Below, in pieces: positions 29,915 through 40,412 of a stretch of 64,000 nucleotides of DNA. A model generated the notes under the pieces. The model was not told where the DNA came from and did not search any database. It was given only the letters and a program-made list of their open reading frames with translations. The position numbers and the translations under genes were made by a program. The number at the start of each line of letters is the position of its first letter. The stretch's first letter is position 1. The stretch comes from Candidatus Tenderia electrophaga (GTDB lineage Bacteria; Pseudomonadota; Gammaproteobacteria; Tenderiales; Tenderiaceae). The DNA lies in NCBI GenBank assembly GCA_001447805.1, contig CP013099.1, positions 3,395,181 to 3,459,180 on the forward strand, given 5' to 3'.

Positions 29915-32347
29915 ATGGCAATGGTTTGGTGTCTGGTGGTGGCCGCGGCCATCTGGTTTATGGCCTACATGCGTTTTGCCCTGTGGCAATGGAGTGTGGT
30001 GCTGGTAGGCCTGTTATTGGCGGCAACTATGTTGGGCGTGTATTCAACGCCGGTGCTGGTGGCGCATTGGGTCGTGTTGGCGCTTGTCGTCGTTCCCCTG
30101 AATATACCGCCGCTGCGCCGCTTCCTGATCAGCAACCGCGTGCTGCCCTTGCTGCGCGACGCCCTGCCACCCATGTCCCAGACCGAGAAGGAGGCGCTGG
30201 ATGCCGGCACGGTATGGTGGGACGGCGAGCTGTTCAGCGGCCGCCCCGACTGGCACAAGCTGCATGATACGGTGCTGCCCAAGCTCAGTGATGCGGAACA
30301 GGCCTTCCTCAACGGCCCGGTGGAAGAGCTGTGTAAGATGCTGGACGACTGGCACATCACTGAGGAGCGCCGCGACCTGTCGCCCGACGTCTGGCAGTAC
30401 CTCAAGGACGAGCGCTTCTTCGGCATGATCATTCCGAAACAGTACGGCGGGCTGGAGTTTTCCGCCCTGGCCCATTCCAGTGTGGTGATGAAGATCGCCA
30501 GCCGTTCGGTGTCAGCGGCGGTGACGGTGATGGTGCCCAATTCCCTCGGTCCGGCCGAGTTGTTGCTGCACTATGGTACGCAAGCCCAAAAGGACCACTA
30601 TCTGCCGCGTCTGGCCAAGGGCGAAGAGGTGCCGTGTTTTGCCTTGACCGGGCCGGAGTCGGGCTCGGACGCCGCCTCCATCCCCGATCGCGGCGTGGTT
30701 TGTCGCGACGAGTTCGAAGGAAAAGAAACCCTAGGCATCCGCCTTGACTGGGATAAGCGCTACATTACCCTGGGCCCGGTGGCGACCGTGCTGGGCCTGG
30801 CGTTTCGTCTCTATGACCCGGATCACCTCATCGGCCAGACAGTGGACATCGGCATCACCTGCGCCTTGATCCCCACCGACACCGATGGCGTCAGCATCGG
30901 CAACCGCCATGCGCCGCTCAACATGGCCTTCATGAACGGCCCCAACCAGGGTAAGGATGTGTTCATTCCCATGGATTGGGTTATCGGCGGTCAGGAACGG
31001 GTCGGGCAGGGCTGGCGTATGTTGATGGAATCCTTGGCGGCGGGGCGCTCCATCTCCCTGCCCGCCTTGAGCGTGGGGGCGGGCAAGCTCACCTCGCGCG
31101 CCACCGGCGCTTACTCGCGCATCCGTAAGCAGTTCAACACCCCTATCGGCAAGTTCGAAGGGGTGGAAGAGCCGCTGGCGCGCATCGCCGCCAATACCTA
31201 TCTCATGGATGCGGCGCGCGTGCTGACCGCCGCCGCGGTGGATCTGGGCGAAAAGCCATCGGTGCTGTCGGCCATCGCCAAGTACAACATGACCGAACGC
31301 ATGCGCGCGGTGGTCAACGACGCCATGGACGTGCAGGGCGGCAGCGGCATCTGTATGGGACCGCGTAATTACCTGGCACGGGTGTACCAGTCCATCCCCA
31401 TCAGCATCACCGTGGAGGGGGCCAATATCCTGACCCGCAGCATGATTATCTTCGGTCAGGGCGCAATCCGCTGCCATCCCTATATTCTGAAAGAGATGAA
31501 TGCGGCGCAGGATCAAGACCCACAGCGCGGCGCGATTGCCTTCGACAAAGCCTTCATCGGTCATGTCGGGTTCACCCTCAGCAACGCAGCGCGCGCCTTC
31601 TGGCTGGGGCTGACCGGCGCGCGTTTCCAGATGGCGCCCAAGCGCGGGCCGGAGCGTTATTATTATCAGCAGGCCACACGCATGAGCGCCGCCTTCGCCC
31701 TGGTGGCCGATGTGATCATGTTGACCCTGGGCGGGGCGGTGAAACGCAAGGAGAAACTCTCCGGCCGCTTGGCCGATATGCTGAGCCAGTTGTATCTGAT
31801 CTCGGCCTGTCTCAAACGTTTTCATGACGACGGCAGTCCACGCGAAGACTTGCCATTGCTGCAATGGGCTTGCGATGATGCCCTCTACCAGATGCAAGAA
31901 AGCCTGCGCGGCCTGTTGCGCAACCTGCCCATGCGGCCCTTGGCGATGCTGTTGCGCATCATGATCATGCCCTGGGGCAAGAGCTATCACCTGCCGGTGG
32001 ACCGACTCGGCCATCAGGCCGCCAGTCTGTTGTTGGCACCGTCGCAGACGCGTGATCGTTTGACCCAGGGCATCTTCGTGCCCGCCGGCGAGGACGAGCC
32101 GCTGGGCCGTCTGGAGGCGGCACTGCACAAAGTGATCGACGCCGAATCCGTGGAGCGCCTGCTGCGTTCCGCGGTGAGGAGCGGCAAACTGACAAAGACA
32201 AGGGAAGACGAGCTGGTCGACCGCGGCCTGGCCGCCGGCGTGATCGAAGCGCAGGAGGCCGAACTGGTGAAGGCCGCCATCGCGGCACGGCGCGAGGTGA
32301 TCAAGGTCGACGATTTCGCACCTGACTATTGGTACAAGGAGTCATAG
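29915..32347 (+). CDS. fadE: Acyl-CoA dehydrogenase FadE
   Basis: N-terminal TMs, MS.TE..AL.AG..WW, VMVPNSLGP, CFALTGPESGSDA, ITVEGANILTR. Confidence 0.96.
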   Translation: MAMVWCLVVAAAIWFMAYMRFALWQWSVVLVGLLLAATMLGVYSTPVLVAHWVVLALVVVPLNIPPLRRFLISNRVLPLLRDALPPMSQTEKEALDAGTVWWDGELFSGRPDWHKLHDTVLPKLSDAEQAFLNGPVEELCKMLDDWHITEERRDLSPDVWQYLKDERFFGMIIPKQYGGLEFSALAHSSVVMKIASRSVSAAVTVMVPNSLGPAELLLHYGTQAQKDHYLPRLAKGEEVPCFALTGPESGSDAASIPDRGVVCRDEFEGKETLGIRLDWDKRYITLGPVATVLGLAFRLYDPDHLIGQTVDIGITCALIPTDTDGVSIGNRHAPLNMAFMNGPNQGKDVFIPMDWVIGGQERVGQGWRMLMESLAAGRSISLPALSVGAGKLTSRATGAYSRIRKQFNTPIGKFEGVEEPLARIAANTYLMDAARVLTAAAVDLGEKPSVLSAIAKYNMTERMRAVVNDAMDVQGGSGICMGPRNYLARVYQSIPISITVEGANILTRSMIIFGQGAIRCHPYILKEMNAAQDQDPQRGAIAFDKAFIGHVGFTLSNAARAFWLGLTGARFQMAPKRGPERYYYQQATRMSAAFALVADVIMLTLGGAVKRKEKLSGRLADMLSQLYLISACLKRFHDDGSPREDLPLLQWACDDALYQMQESLRGLLRNLPMRPLAMLLRIMIMPWGKSYHLPVDRLGHQAASLLLAPSQTRDRLTQGIFVPAGEDEPLGRLEAALHKVIDAESVERLLRSAVRSGKLTKTREDELVDRGLAAGVIEAQEAELVKAAIAARREVIKVDDFAPDYWYKES

Positions 32348-32348
32348 C

Positions 32349-33644
32349 ATGGCGACACGCAGCAAGGGGAGACCGGTATTTATCGTGGACGGTGCCCGTA
32401 CGCCCTTCTTCAAGGCAGTGGGTAAACCGGGGCCGTTTCGGGCCTCCGACCTGGCCGTTGCAGCGGGACGCCCGCTGTTGGCGCGACAGTCGTTCGAACC
32501 CGAGAACCTGGACGAGGTGATCCTGGGTTGCGTCATGCCCGGGCCGGACGAGGCCAACATCGGCCGCGTCGTGGCGCTGCGACTGGGCTGCGGCAAATCG
32601 GTGCCCGCCTGGACGGTGCAACGCAATTGCGCCTCCGGCATGCAGGCCCTGGACTGCGCCTACAAGAACATCGCCACCGGCCGCGCCAACCTGATCCTGG
32701 CCGGCGGGACGGAATCCATGAGTCACGCCCCCGTGCTGCTCAATGAAAAGATGGTGGCCTGGTTGGCCGACTGGTCCAAGGCCAAAAGCTTCGGCCGGAA
32801 ATTGCAGCTTCTGGGTCAACTGCGTGGCGGTCATCTAAAGCCCGTCATCGGTCTGCTGCGTGGCCTGAGCGATCCTATCGTCGGCCTCTCCATGGGCCAG
32901 ACGGCCGAGATCCTGGCGCACAAATTCAAGATCGACCGCGACACCATGGACGCCTATGCCGTGGCGAGTCATCACCGCCTGGCCAAGGCCCAGGACGAGG
33001 GTTGGCTGGACGAGATCGAGGCTGTTTATGACAGCCGCGGCAAACATCATCTGCACGATACCGGCCTGCGGCGCGACTCCAGCCTGGCCAGCCTGGCCAA
33101 GCTGAAACCGGTCTTCGACCGTCAGTTCGGCCGCGTCACCGCCGGCAACAGCGCTCAGGTCACCGACGGCGCCGCCATGCTGATCCTGGCCAGCGAGGAG
33201 GCGGTGAAGCAGTATGAGTTGCCGGTACTGGGACGCATCGTCGACAGCGAATGGGCCGGACTGGAACCGAGCCAGATGGGGCTGGGGCCGGTACACGCCA
33301 TGACCCCTATCATGAAACGCAAACGCTGGAAGCCGGATGGCGTGGACTATTGGGAGATCAACGAGGCCTTCGCCACCCAGGTGCTGGCCTGTCTCGAGGC
33401 CTGGAAAGACGAACACTATTGCAGCAGTGCACTGAACATGCGCACGGCCATGGGCGAGATCGACCGCGATCGTTTGAATGTGGACGGCGGCGGCGTCAGT
33501 CTGGGGCATCCAGTGGGTGCCAGCGGCGCGCGCATCGTGTTGCATCTGCTGCACGTGCTGGAACGCAACAACGCCAAACGCGGCATGGCCAGTCTGTGCA
33601 TCGGCGGCGGACAGGGCGGCGCCATGGCCGTGGAAAGGGATTAA
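32349..33644 (+). CDS. fadI: 3-ketoacyl-CoA thiolase
   Basis: QRNCASG, NEAFA, GHPVGASG, CIGGGQG. Confidence 0.9.
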   Translation: MATRSKGRPVFIVDGARTPFFKAVGKPGPFRASDLAVAAGRPLLARQSFEPENLDEVILGCVMPGPDEANIGRVVALRLGCGKSVPAWTVQRNCASGMQALDCAYKNIATGRANLILAGGTESMSHAPVLLNEKMVAWLADWSKAKSFGRKLQLLGQLRGGHLKPVIGLLRGLSDPIVGLSMGQTAEILAHKFKIDRDTMDAYAVASHHRLAKAQDEGWLDEIEAVYDSRGKHHLHDTGLRRDSSLASLAKLKPVFDRQFGRVTAGNSAQVTDGAAMLILASEEAVKQYELPVLGRIVDSEWAGLEPSQMGLGPVHAMTPIMKRKRWKPDGVDYWEINEAFATQVLACLEAWKDEHYCSSALNMRTAMGEIDRDRLNVDGGGVSLGHPVGASGARIVLHLLHVLERNNAKRGMASLCIGGGQGGAMAVERD

Positions 33645-33648
33645 AGCG

Positions 33649-35688
33649 ATGACAGAACAGAGCTATCAACACTGGCGCCTGGAGCGCGACGAACACGACA
33701 TCGCCTGGCTTTATGCCGATAAGGCGAATGCCGGGGCCAATACCCTTTCCAAGGCGGTGCTGGAAGAGCTTTACGACATTCTCAGCCAGTTCAATGAAGA
33801 CCGGCCCCAGGGCTTGGTGATTCTGTCGGCCAAAGCCAGTGGTTTTATCGCCGGCGCCGACATCAACGAATTCACCACCCTGGGCGGACAGAAAGACGCC
33901 GAAGATCTCATCGGCCGCGGCCAGGCGGTGCTGGACCGGCTCGCCGCCCTGGACATGCCCACCGTGGCGCTGATCCACGGCTTTTGCCTGGGCGGCGGTA
34001 TGGAACTGGCGCTGGCCTGCCGCTATCGCATCGCCGACGACGATCCCAAGACCAAGCTGGGTCTGCCCGAGGTCAACCTGGGCATTCACCCCGGCTTCGG
34101 CGGCACCGTGCGCCTGCCGCCGCTGGTGGGGGCGCCCGCCGCCATGGACATGATGTTGGGCGGCCGTTCCTTGAGCGCCCGCGCGGCGCAGCGCATGGGG
34201 CTGGTGGACTATGCCGTACCGGCGCGCCACTTCAAGGACGCCGCCCGCGCCACCGTGTTGCGGCCGCCGGCGCGCAAACAGGCGACCGGCTGGAAGGCCT
34301 GGACCAATCACAAGCTGGTCCGCCCCCTGCTGGCGCGCTATCTGGAAAAGCAGGTAGCCAAACGGGCGCGCAAGGACCACTATCCCGCCCCCTATGCCTT
34401 GATCGAGTTGTGGAAAAATCACATGGACGACCCGCGCCGCATGATGCGCGAGGAAGCGAGTTCTGTCGCACGCCTGGTGATGGGCGAGACCGCTCAGAGC
34501 CTGGTGCGCGTGTTTTTCCTGCAGGAACGCATGAAGTCCCTGGGTGACAAGAAAGAGATCGAGGTCAAGCACGTGCATGTCATCGGGGGTGGCGTGATGG
34601 GCGGTGATATCGCCGCCTGGTGCGCCATGCGCGGCCTGCACGTCACCCTCCAGGACCGTAGTCACGAGGCCCTGGCGCGGGTGGTGAAGCGCGCCCATGA
34701 TTTATACCGCAAGCGGCTTAAACAGCCGCGCGTCATCCAGGCCGCCATGGACCGCTTGATGCCCGACATCCAGGGCGTCGGCGTGGCCAAGGCCGATGTG
34801 GTGATTGAGGCCATCTTCGAAGACGTGGATGCCAAGCAGGCGCTCTACAAAGAGATCGAACCCAAATTGAAAAAGGATGCCGTGCTGGCCACCAATACCT
34901 CCAGTATTCCTTTGGAGACCCTGTGCAAGGCCCTGAGCCGTCCCAGCCGCCTGGTGGGACTGCACTTCTTCAATCCCGTGGCCAAGATGCAGCTGGTGGA
35001 AATCGTCAAAGGCACCCAGACCGCGGAGAAGGCGGTGAAACAGGCCGCCGCCTTTTGCCGCCACATCGAGCGTCTGCCCCTGCCGGTGAAGAGCGCGCCG
35101 GGCTTTCTGGTCAATCGCGTGCTCATGCCCTATCTGCTGGAAGCGGTGACCCTGGAGGAAGAGGGCGTGCCGGCGACGGTGATCGACAAGGCGGCGCTGG
35201 ACTTCGGCATGCCCATGGGCCCCATCGAGCTGGCCGACACGGTGGGCCTGGATATCTGCCTTTCCGTGGCGCGCATCCTGTCGCAGCAGCTGGACATGCC
35301 GGTACCGGGGCGCCTGGAACAGCTGGTCAATGCCGGCCATCTGGGGCGCAAGAGCGGCACGGGCTTTTACCGCTACCAGAACGGCAAGAAACTGTTCAGC
35401 GGTGAGCACAAGGCCTACACCCCGCCGGCCGATATCACCGACCGCATGATGATGCGTTTTCTGAATGAGACGGTGGCCTGCCTGCGCGAGGGTATCGTGG
35501 ATGAGGGGGACCTGCTCGACGGCGGTGTGATCTTCGGGACCGGCTTCGCCCCCTTCCGCGGCGGTCCCATGCACTACATCCGCAAGACGGGACGCGCGCA
35601 GCTGCGCCATCGGCTCGAGACCTTGGAGACGCAACACGGCGCGCGCTTTCGCGTCGATGCCGGCTGGGATCAGGCGGATTTGTTCTAG
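33649..35688 (+). CDS. fadJ: Multifunctional enoyl-CoA hydratase / 3-hydroxyacyl-CoA dehydrogenase
   Basis: FIAGADI, GGGMELALAC, GLPEV, GGGVMG, TNTSS, GLHFFNP, PMGP. Confidence 0.92.
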   Translation: MTEQSYQHWRLERDEHDIAWLYADKANAGANTLSKAVLEELYDILSQFNEDRPQGLVILSAKASGFIAGADINEFTTLGGQKDAEDLIGRGQAVLDRLAALDMPTVALIHGFCLGGGMELALACRYRIADDDPKTKLGLPEVNLGIHPGFGGTVRLPPLVGAPAAMDMMLGGRSLSARAAQRMGLVDYAVPARHFKDAARATVLRPPARKQATGWKAWTNHKLVRPLLARYLEKQVAKRARKDHYPAPYALIELWKNHMDDPRRMMREEASSVARLVMGETAQSLVRVFFLQERMKSLGDKKEIEVKHVHVIGGGVMGGDIAAWCAMRGLHVTLQDRSHEALARVVKRAHDLYRKRLKQPRVIQAAMDRLMPDIQGVGVAKADVVIEAIFEDVDAKQALYKEIEPKLKKDAVLATNTSSIPLETLCKALSRPSRLVGLHFFNPVAKMQLVEIVKGTQTAEKAVKQAAAFCRHIERLPLPVKSAPGFLVNRVLMPYLLEAVTLEEEGVPATVIDKAALDFGMPMGPIELADTVGLDICLSVARILSQQLDMPVPGRLEQLVNAGHLGRKSGTGFYRYQNGKKLFSGEHKAYTPPADITDRMMMRFLNETVACLREGIVDEGDLLDGGVIFGTGFAPFRGGPMHYIRKTGRAQLRHRLETLETQHGARFRVDAGWDQADLF

Positions 35689-37434
35689 ATGGCCGATGTG
35701 ATCAGTCCGGAGTGCGCCCGCGTTCTGCCGGGACTGTTTTGCGAGCGCGTCAGGCGCAGTCCGGGCGCGGTGGCCTACACCTTTTACGACGGACCGTCGA
35801 ACACCTGGATGGATCTGACCTGGTCCGACATGGGGCGCTTGATCGCGCGCTGGCAGGCGGCGCTCAAGACCTTGGATCTGGCGCCCGGTGAGCGCGTCGC
35901 CATCATGGCCAACAATTCGCCCGAGTGGGTGATGTTCGAACAGGCCGCCCTGGGCCTGGGGTTGGTGGTGGTGCCGCTGTTCTTCAACGACCGTCCGGAC
36001 AATGTCGCCTATGTGCTGGGTCATTCCGGTGCGCGCCTGCTGTTGATCGAAAGTCTGGCGCAGTGGCGCGAACTGGAGGCCGTCGCCGGCCAGCTCGATG
36101 CGCAGCTGCGTATCTGGAGCATCAACGACTGCGGCGATGCTTGTCCGGTTCAGTATGTGGGAAAACTGCTGGGCAAGGCCGAGCGCAACCAGCCCGAGGT
36201 GTTGGTCAGCGACGGTGACAGTCTGGCCACCCTCGTCTACACCTCCGGGACCACCGGCAAACCCAAGGGCGTGATGCTGAGCCACAACAATATCCTTTGG
36301 AACGCGCATGCCGGGCTGCAAGTGGTGCCCATCTACCCTGATGATTATTTCCTGTCTTTTCTACCCCTGTCCCATGCGCTGGAGCGCACCGTGGGTTACT
36401 ACCTGCCCATGATGGCCGGCGCCAGTGTCGCGTATGCGCGCTCCATTCCCCTGTTGGCGGAAGACCTGCAAACCATTAAGCCGACGGTATTGATATCGGT
36501 GCCGCGCATCTATGAACGCGTCTATGGCAAGCTGCAGGAGCAATTGCGCAGCGAGTTGAAGCGCAAGTTGTTCAAGCTGGCCGTCGAGGTGGGCTGGCTG
36601 CGTTTTCAACATAAACAGGGCCTTGCCAAGTGGCATGCCAAGCTGCTGCTCTGGCCGCTGTTGAACAAACTGGTCGCCAGCAAACTGATGGACAAGCTGG
36701 GCGGTCGGCTGCGTATCGCCATCTGCGGCGGTGCGGCCCTGTCGGCCGAGCTGGGCAAGACCTTCGTCGGTCTGGGCTTGAACCTGTTGCAGGGTTACGG
36801 CATGACCGAATCCAGTCCGGTGATCTCAGTCAATCAGACCCAGAACAATGACCCCGTCAGTGTCGGCCCGCCGCTGCCCGATGTGGAATTGCGCATCGGT
36901 GACAACGAAGAGCTGCTGGCGCGCAGCCCCGGCGTGATGCAGGGTTACTGGAACAATCCCGAGGCCTCGGCCACGACTGTGGATGCCGAGGGCTGGCTGC
37001 ACACCGGCGACAAGGCCCGCCTCGAGGACGGGCGTGTCTACATCACCGGGCGCATCAAGGACGTGATCGTGCTCGATACCGGTGAGAAGGTCTCCCCCGC
37101 GGACATGGAGATGGCTATCAGCGCGGCGCCGATGTTCGAGCAAGTGCTGGTGATCGGTGACGGCCGTCCTTTCCTGGCCGCGCTGGTGGTGATGAGTGAC
37201 AAGGTTTCCGGCACACACTTCAGCGAGCATCTGCTGCTGGATTCGATCGCACAGCGCATCAAGGAGTTTCCCGGTTATGCCCAGATCCGGCGGGTGCAGG
37301 TGATCGACGCGGCCTGGACGGTGGAAAACGGTCTGTTGACGCCAACGCTCAAGCCCAAGCGTGACAAGATCATGCAGGCCTATGCCCGACAAATCGACGA
37401 ACTCTATCAGCAAACACAAGGAAGTGAGTCATGA
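35689..37434 (+). CDS. fadD: Long-chain fatty acid--CoA ligase
   Basis: YTSGTTGKPKG, SFLPLSH, GYGMTE, WLHTGD, GRIKD, LLTPTLK. Confidence 0.9.
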   Translation: MADVISPECARVLPGLFCERVRRSPGAVAYTFYDGPSNTWMDLTWSDMGRLIARWQAALKTLDLAPGERVAIMANNSPEWVMFEQAALGLGLVVVPLFFNDRPDNVAYVLGHSGARLLLIESLAQWRELEAVAGQLDAQLRIWSINDCGDACPVQYVGKLLGKAERNQPEVLVSDGDSLATLVYTSGTTGKPKGVMLSHNNILWNAHAGLQVVPIYPDDYFLSFLPLSHALERTVGYYLPMMAGASVAYARSIPLLAEDLQTIKPTVLISVPRIYERVYGKLQEQLRSELKRKLFKLAVEVGWLRFQHKQGLAKWHAKLLLWPLLNKLVASKLMDKLGGRLRIAICGGAALSAELGKTFVGLGLNLLQGYGMTESSPVISVNQTQNNDPVSVGPPLPDVELRIGDNEELLARSPGVMQGYWNNPEASATTVDAEGWLHTGDKARLEDGRVYITGRIKDVIVLDTGEKVSPADMEMAISAAPMFEQVLVIGDGRPFLAALVVMSDKVSGTHFSEHLLLDSIAQRIKEFPGYAQIRRVQVIDAAWTVENGLLTPTLKPKRDKIMQAYARQIDELYQQTQGSES

Positions 37435-37817
37435 GCGATGTGATGCCGGAACACACCCAGCCGACCATTCGCGTCGTGGCCATGCCCGCCGACGCCAATG
37501 CCGCCGGCGATATCTTTGGCGGTTGGATCATGTCCCAGGTCGATATCGCCGGGTCGGTGGTGGCGCACCGCCGCGCCAAGGGCCGGGTGGTGACCGTGGC
37601 GGTCAATTCCTTCGAATTTCATCAGCCGGTCTTCGTCGGTGATGTGGTCAGCTGCTATGCCGAGGTGGTGCGCGTCGGTAACACCTCGCTGACGCTGGAT
37701 GTGAAGGTGTTCGCCGAACGCAATCGCGTCGAAACCCCGCTCAAGGTCACCCAGGCGACACTGACCTATGTGGCCGTGGGAGAGGATCGCAAGCCGCGCC
37801 GAGTGGACCCATCCTGA
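37431..37817 (+). CDS. yciA: Acyl-CoA thioesterase (hotdog fold)
   Basis: AMPADANAAGDIFGGWIMSQVDIAG, VG.TS. Confidence 0.9.
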   Translation: MSDVMPEHTQPTIRVVAMPADANAAGDIFGGWIMSQVDIAGSVVAHRRAKGRVVTVAVNSFEFHQPVFVGDVVSCYAEVVRVGNTSLTLDVKVFAERNRVETPLKVTQATLTYVAVGEDRKPRRVDPS

Positions 37818-37823
37818 CACGAC

Positions 37824-39623
37824 ATGTCCGCGTCAGACGCAGAACTCGAACACAACAAACAACGCGCCCTCGAGTTGCTCAACAGCAACCGGCTGAACGA
37901 GGCACGCCAACGCTACCGGGACATTACCCGTCAGGCGCCGGGGGATGCCGCCGCCTGGTTCATGCTGGGGACCACCGAAGGGCGTCTGGGTAATCTCGCC
38001 GCAGCGGAAGCGGCCATGTGCAAATCCCTGGCGGCCGATGCGCAACTGGCCGAGGCCTGGCTGGGACTGGGCCAGGTACTGGAACTGCAGGGGCGGCCGG
38101 ACGACGCCTGCCAAACTTATCTCAAGGCCCTCAGCTACAAGCCGCAACTGGCCGACGCCCATGCCGCATTGGGGAATATTTATAATGCCAGGGGCGGCTA
38201 TGAAAGCGCGGCGGAGCATCTGTCGCAGGCCGTGGCGCTGGGTGCCACGCGGCCGCAGGTGATGCTCGCCCTGGGCGATGCCCGGCGCGGCAGTAGCCGT
38301 TTCCGCGATGCCCTGAACCTATACCTACAATTGTTGCAGCAATTCCCCGCGGATGCCGGCCTGCATGCCCGGGCCGCCGCGATGCATTATGAATTGACCG
38401 AGATCGATCAGGCGCAACAGCATTTTCAACGCGCGCTGCAGCTCAATCCCGTGTTCATCGAGGCGCAGCTGGGCCTGATCAACCTCCACTACCAGCGGCG
38501 CGAATCCGCGCAGGCCTTGGCCGCCATTCGCGCCCTGTTTGATAGGCACAAACAGCATTGCGGCGTGGTGCTGCTGTATACCCGCCTGTGCCACCTCGAC
38601 GGTTCCTGCCGGCGGGTCATGAAGCAGGCCGAGACTTTGCTCGGGCATCCCGACATCAGCGCGGGGGCGCAGTCTCAGCTGTGTTTCGAGCTGGGGCGCC
38701 TCTATGATGCGGATAAAAAATATGAGCGGGCCTTCGCCTATTACCGGCGCGCTAATGCCTTCAAGCGCGGCCAATACGATCGTGAGGCGGCGCAGCGCAG
38801 CGTCGCGGCCATCCTGTCGCGCTATACCGCCGCGGCCATGGTCAAGACCGGCACGCTGCGCCGGGATCGACATCGTCCCTTGTTTGTCGTCGGCATGCCG
38901 CGCTCTGGCACCAGTCTGGTGGAGCAGATTCTGGCCGCCCACCCCCAGGTATACGGCGCCGGCGAACTGACTGATCTGCCCGCCCTGCTGCGTCGCTACC
39001 GGGAGGCGGGCGCGCATGACGAGGCCGGCCGTGACGAGGCCGCAGCAATGAGCGTGGACGACATGAATGCCATGGCGGAGCATTATCTGCAGCGCCTGGA
39101 CAGCGTGGCGACGGGGGATGAACGCTATGTCAGCGACAAGATGCCGAGCAATTTTTTTCGCCTGGGCCTGGTGACCAAGCTGTTCCCCGATGCCAAGATT
39201 ATCCATGTACGGCGCAATCCCATTGATACCTGTCTGTCCTGCTATTTCCAGGATTTTTCCGGGCCCCACGCCTATAGCTATGATCTGGACGACTTGGTGC
39301 ACTATTATAAAAACTATCGCCGTGTGATGGCGCATTGGCGTGAGCATCTGCCGCGCCCGATGCTGGAAGTGGATTATGAAACGCTGGTTGGCGATCCTGA
39401 GACCGAGGTGCGCCGTATGCTTGATTTTCTCGAGCTCGATTGGGATGATCGCTGTATGCGGTTTTACCAAACCGAGCGCGCGGTGATTACCGCCAGTCAC
39501 GCCCAGATACAAGTGCCCATCTACAAAGGTTCGGTGTCACGCTGGCGCAATTACGAGCGCTTTGTTGCCCCTCTTATAAAAGGATTCGCGGATGACGCAG
39601 GGATACAAAATGATGGTCAATGA
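37824..39623 (+). CDS. TPR-repeat sulfotransferase
   Basis: N-terminal TPRs; GMPRSGTSLVEQIL (5'-PSB), DKMP.N, RNP.D.CLS, TAS..Q. Confidence 0.92.
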   Translation: MSASDAELEHNKQRALELLNSNRLNEARQRYRDITRQAPGDAAAWFMLGTTEGRLGNLAAAEAAMCKSLAADAQLAEAWLGLGQVLELQGRPDDACQTYLKALSYKPQLADAHAALGNIYNARGGYESAAEHLSQAVALGATRPQVMLALGDARRGSSRFRDALNLYLQLLQQFPADAGLHARAAAMHYELTEIDQAQQHFQRALQLNPVFIEAQLGLINLHYQRRESAQALAAIRALFDRHKQHCGVVLLYTRLCHLDGSCRRVMKQAETLLGHPDISAGAQSQLCFELGRLYDADKKYERAFAYYRRANAFKRGQYDREAAQRSVAAILSRYTAAAMVKTGTLRRDRHRPLFVVGMPRSGTSLVEQILAAHPQVYGAGELTDLPALLRRYREAGAHDEAGRDEAAAMSVDDMNAMAEHYLQRLDSVATGDERYVSDKMPSNFFRLGLVTKLFPDAKIIHVRRNPIDTCLSCYFQDFSGPHAYSYDLDDLVHYYKNYRRVMAHWREHLPRPMLEVDYETLVGDPETEVRRMLDFLELDWDDRCMRFYQTERAVITASHAQIQVPIYKGSVSRWRNYERFVAPLIKGFADDAGIQNDGQ

Positions 39624-40044
39624 GGGAGGGTATCTGAAGACCGGATTGCTTGCCTGCGTGTGTTTGTTGTTCGCGGCCTGTATGGGGTCGCCGGGCGCCG
39701 ATGCCGGGCGCCAGGTGGCGGAGCGTTACTACCAGACCATGCAGCAGACGGATATCGACGCCGCCTTGAAACTGTTTTCCGACAATCGTGCGCCGGAGTT
39801 CTGGCGCTCGCATCTGCACAACATCGCCGAGTCATTGGGGGCGGTAAAGCGCTTTGAATACAAGCGCGAGGAAGTGAATACCGTGTTCAGCGGCCGCTAT
39901 TATATTTTCGAATACCAGGTTGTTTATGAGTCCGGAAAACAGGCCAAAGAGACCCTGACCCTATTCGACTCAGTCGAAGCCGATGATCACCCCCGAATCG
40001 CAGCACATGTGATCGCGGCGGAAGGTTTCAAGCCAAGCTTGTAA
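39610..40044 (+). CDS. Hypothetical lipoprotein
   Basis: Lipobox-like LFAAC; overlaps the sulfotransferase stop. Confidence 0.65.
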   Translation: MMVNEGGYLKTGLLACVCLLFAACMGSPGADAGRQVAERYYQTMQQTDIDAALKLFSDNRAPEFWRSHLHNIAESLGAVKRFEYKREEVNTVFSGRYYIFEYQVVYESGKQAKETLTLFDSVEADDHPRIAAHVIAAEGFKPSL

Positions 40045-40412
40045 GTTCGTCGTTATTGCCGCAGAAGCGCCGTATCAGGGCGTGCGACCACGCCGCGCTG
40101 CATGTGCCACGCCTGCATATAACGCTCCAAGACGAAAAAATTCACAGTCGTCGCTGGGTGGCTGGCGGCGTGGCCCGGCGCGCATAGTGACAGCGGCGCT
40201 AATAAATTCTGATCCTCTTGCCTGATTTATTTGAATACTCAGGTTTACTTTACTTGAGCGCTTGTGTCAGGATGATTTGACACCAACCCGGGTATGGGCA
40301 AGACGGGCTTGGCGAACGCCTCGCTCCCGCCGCTAATAATAAAAGAGAGCGAGTGCATGCAAACGCAGCGGTATTGCGTCGAACATTCAACAACCCAGGG
40401 GGATTGTTTGTT

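Noticed and set aside
30731..36321. Long antisense ORFs (465, 400, 539 aa) and similar ones elsewhere
   Set aside because: Shadow frames opposite well-supported high-GC genes, with no recognisable motifs
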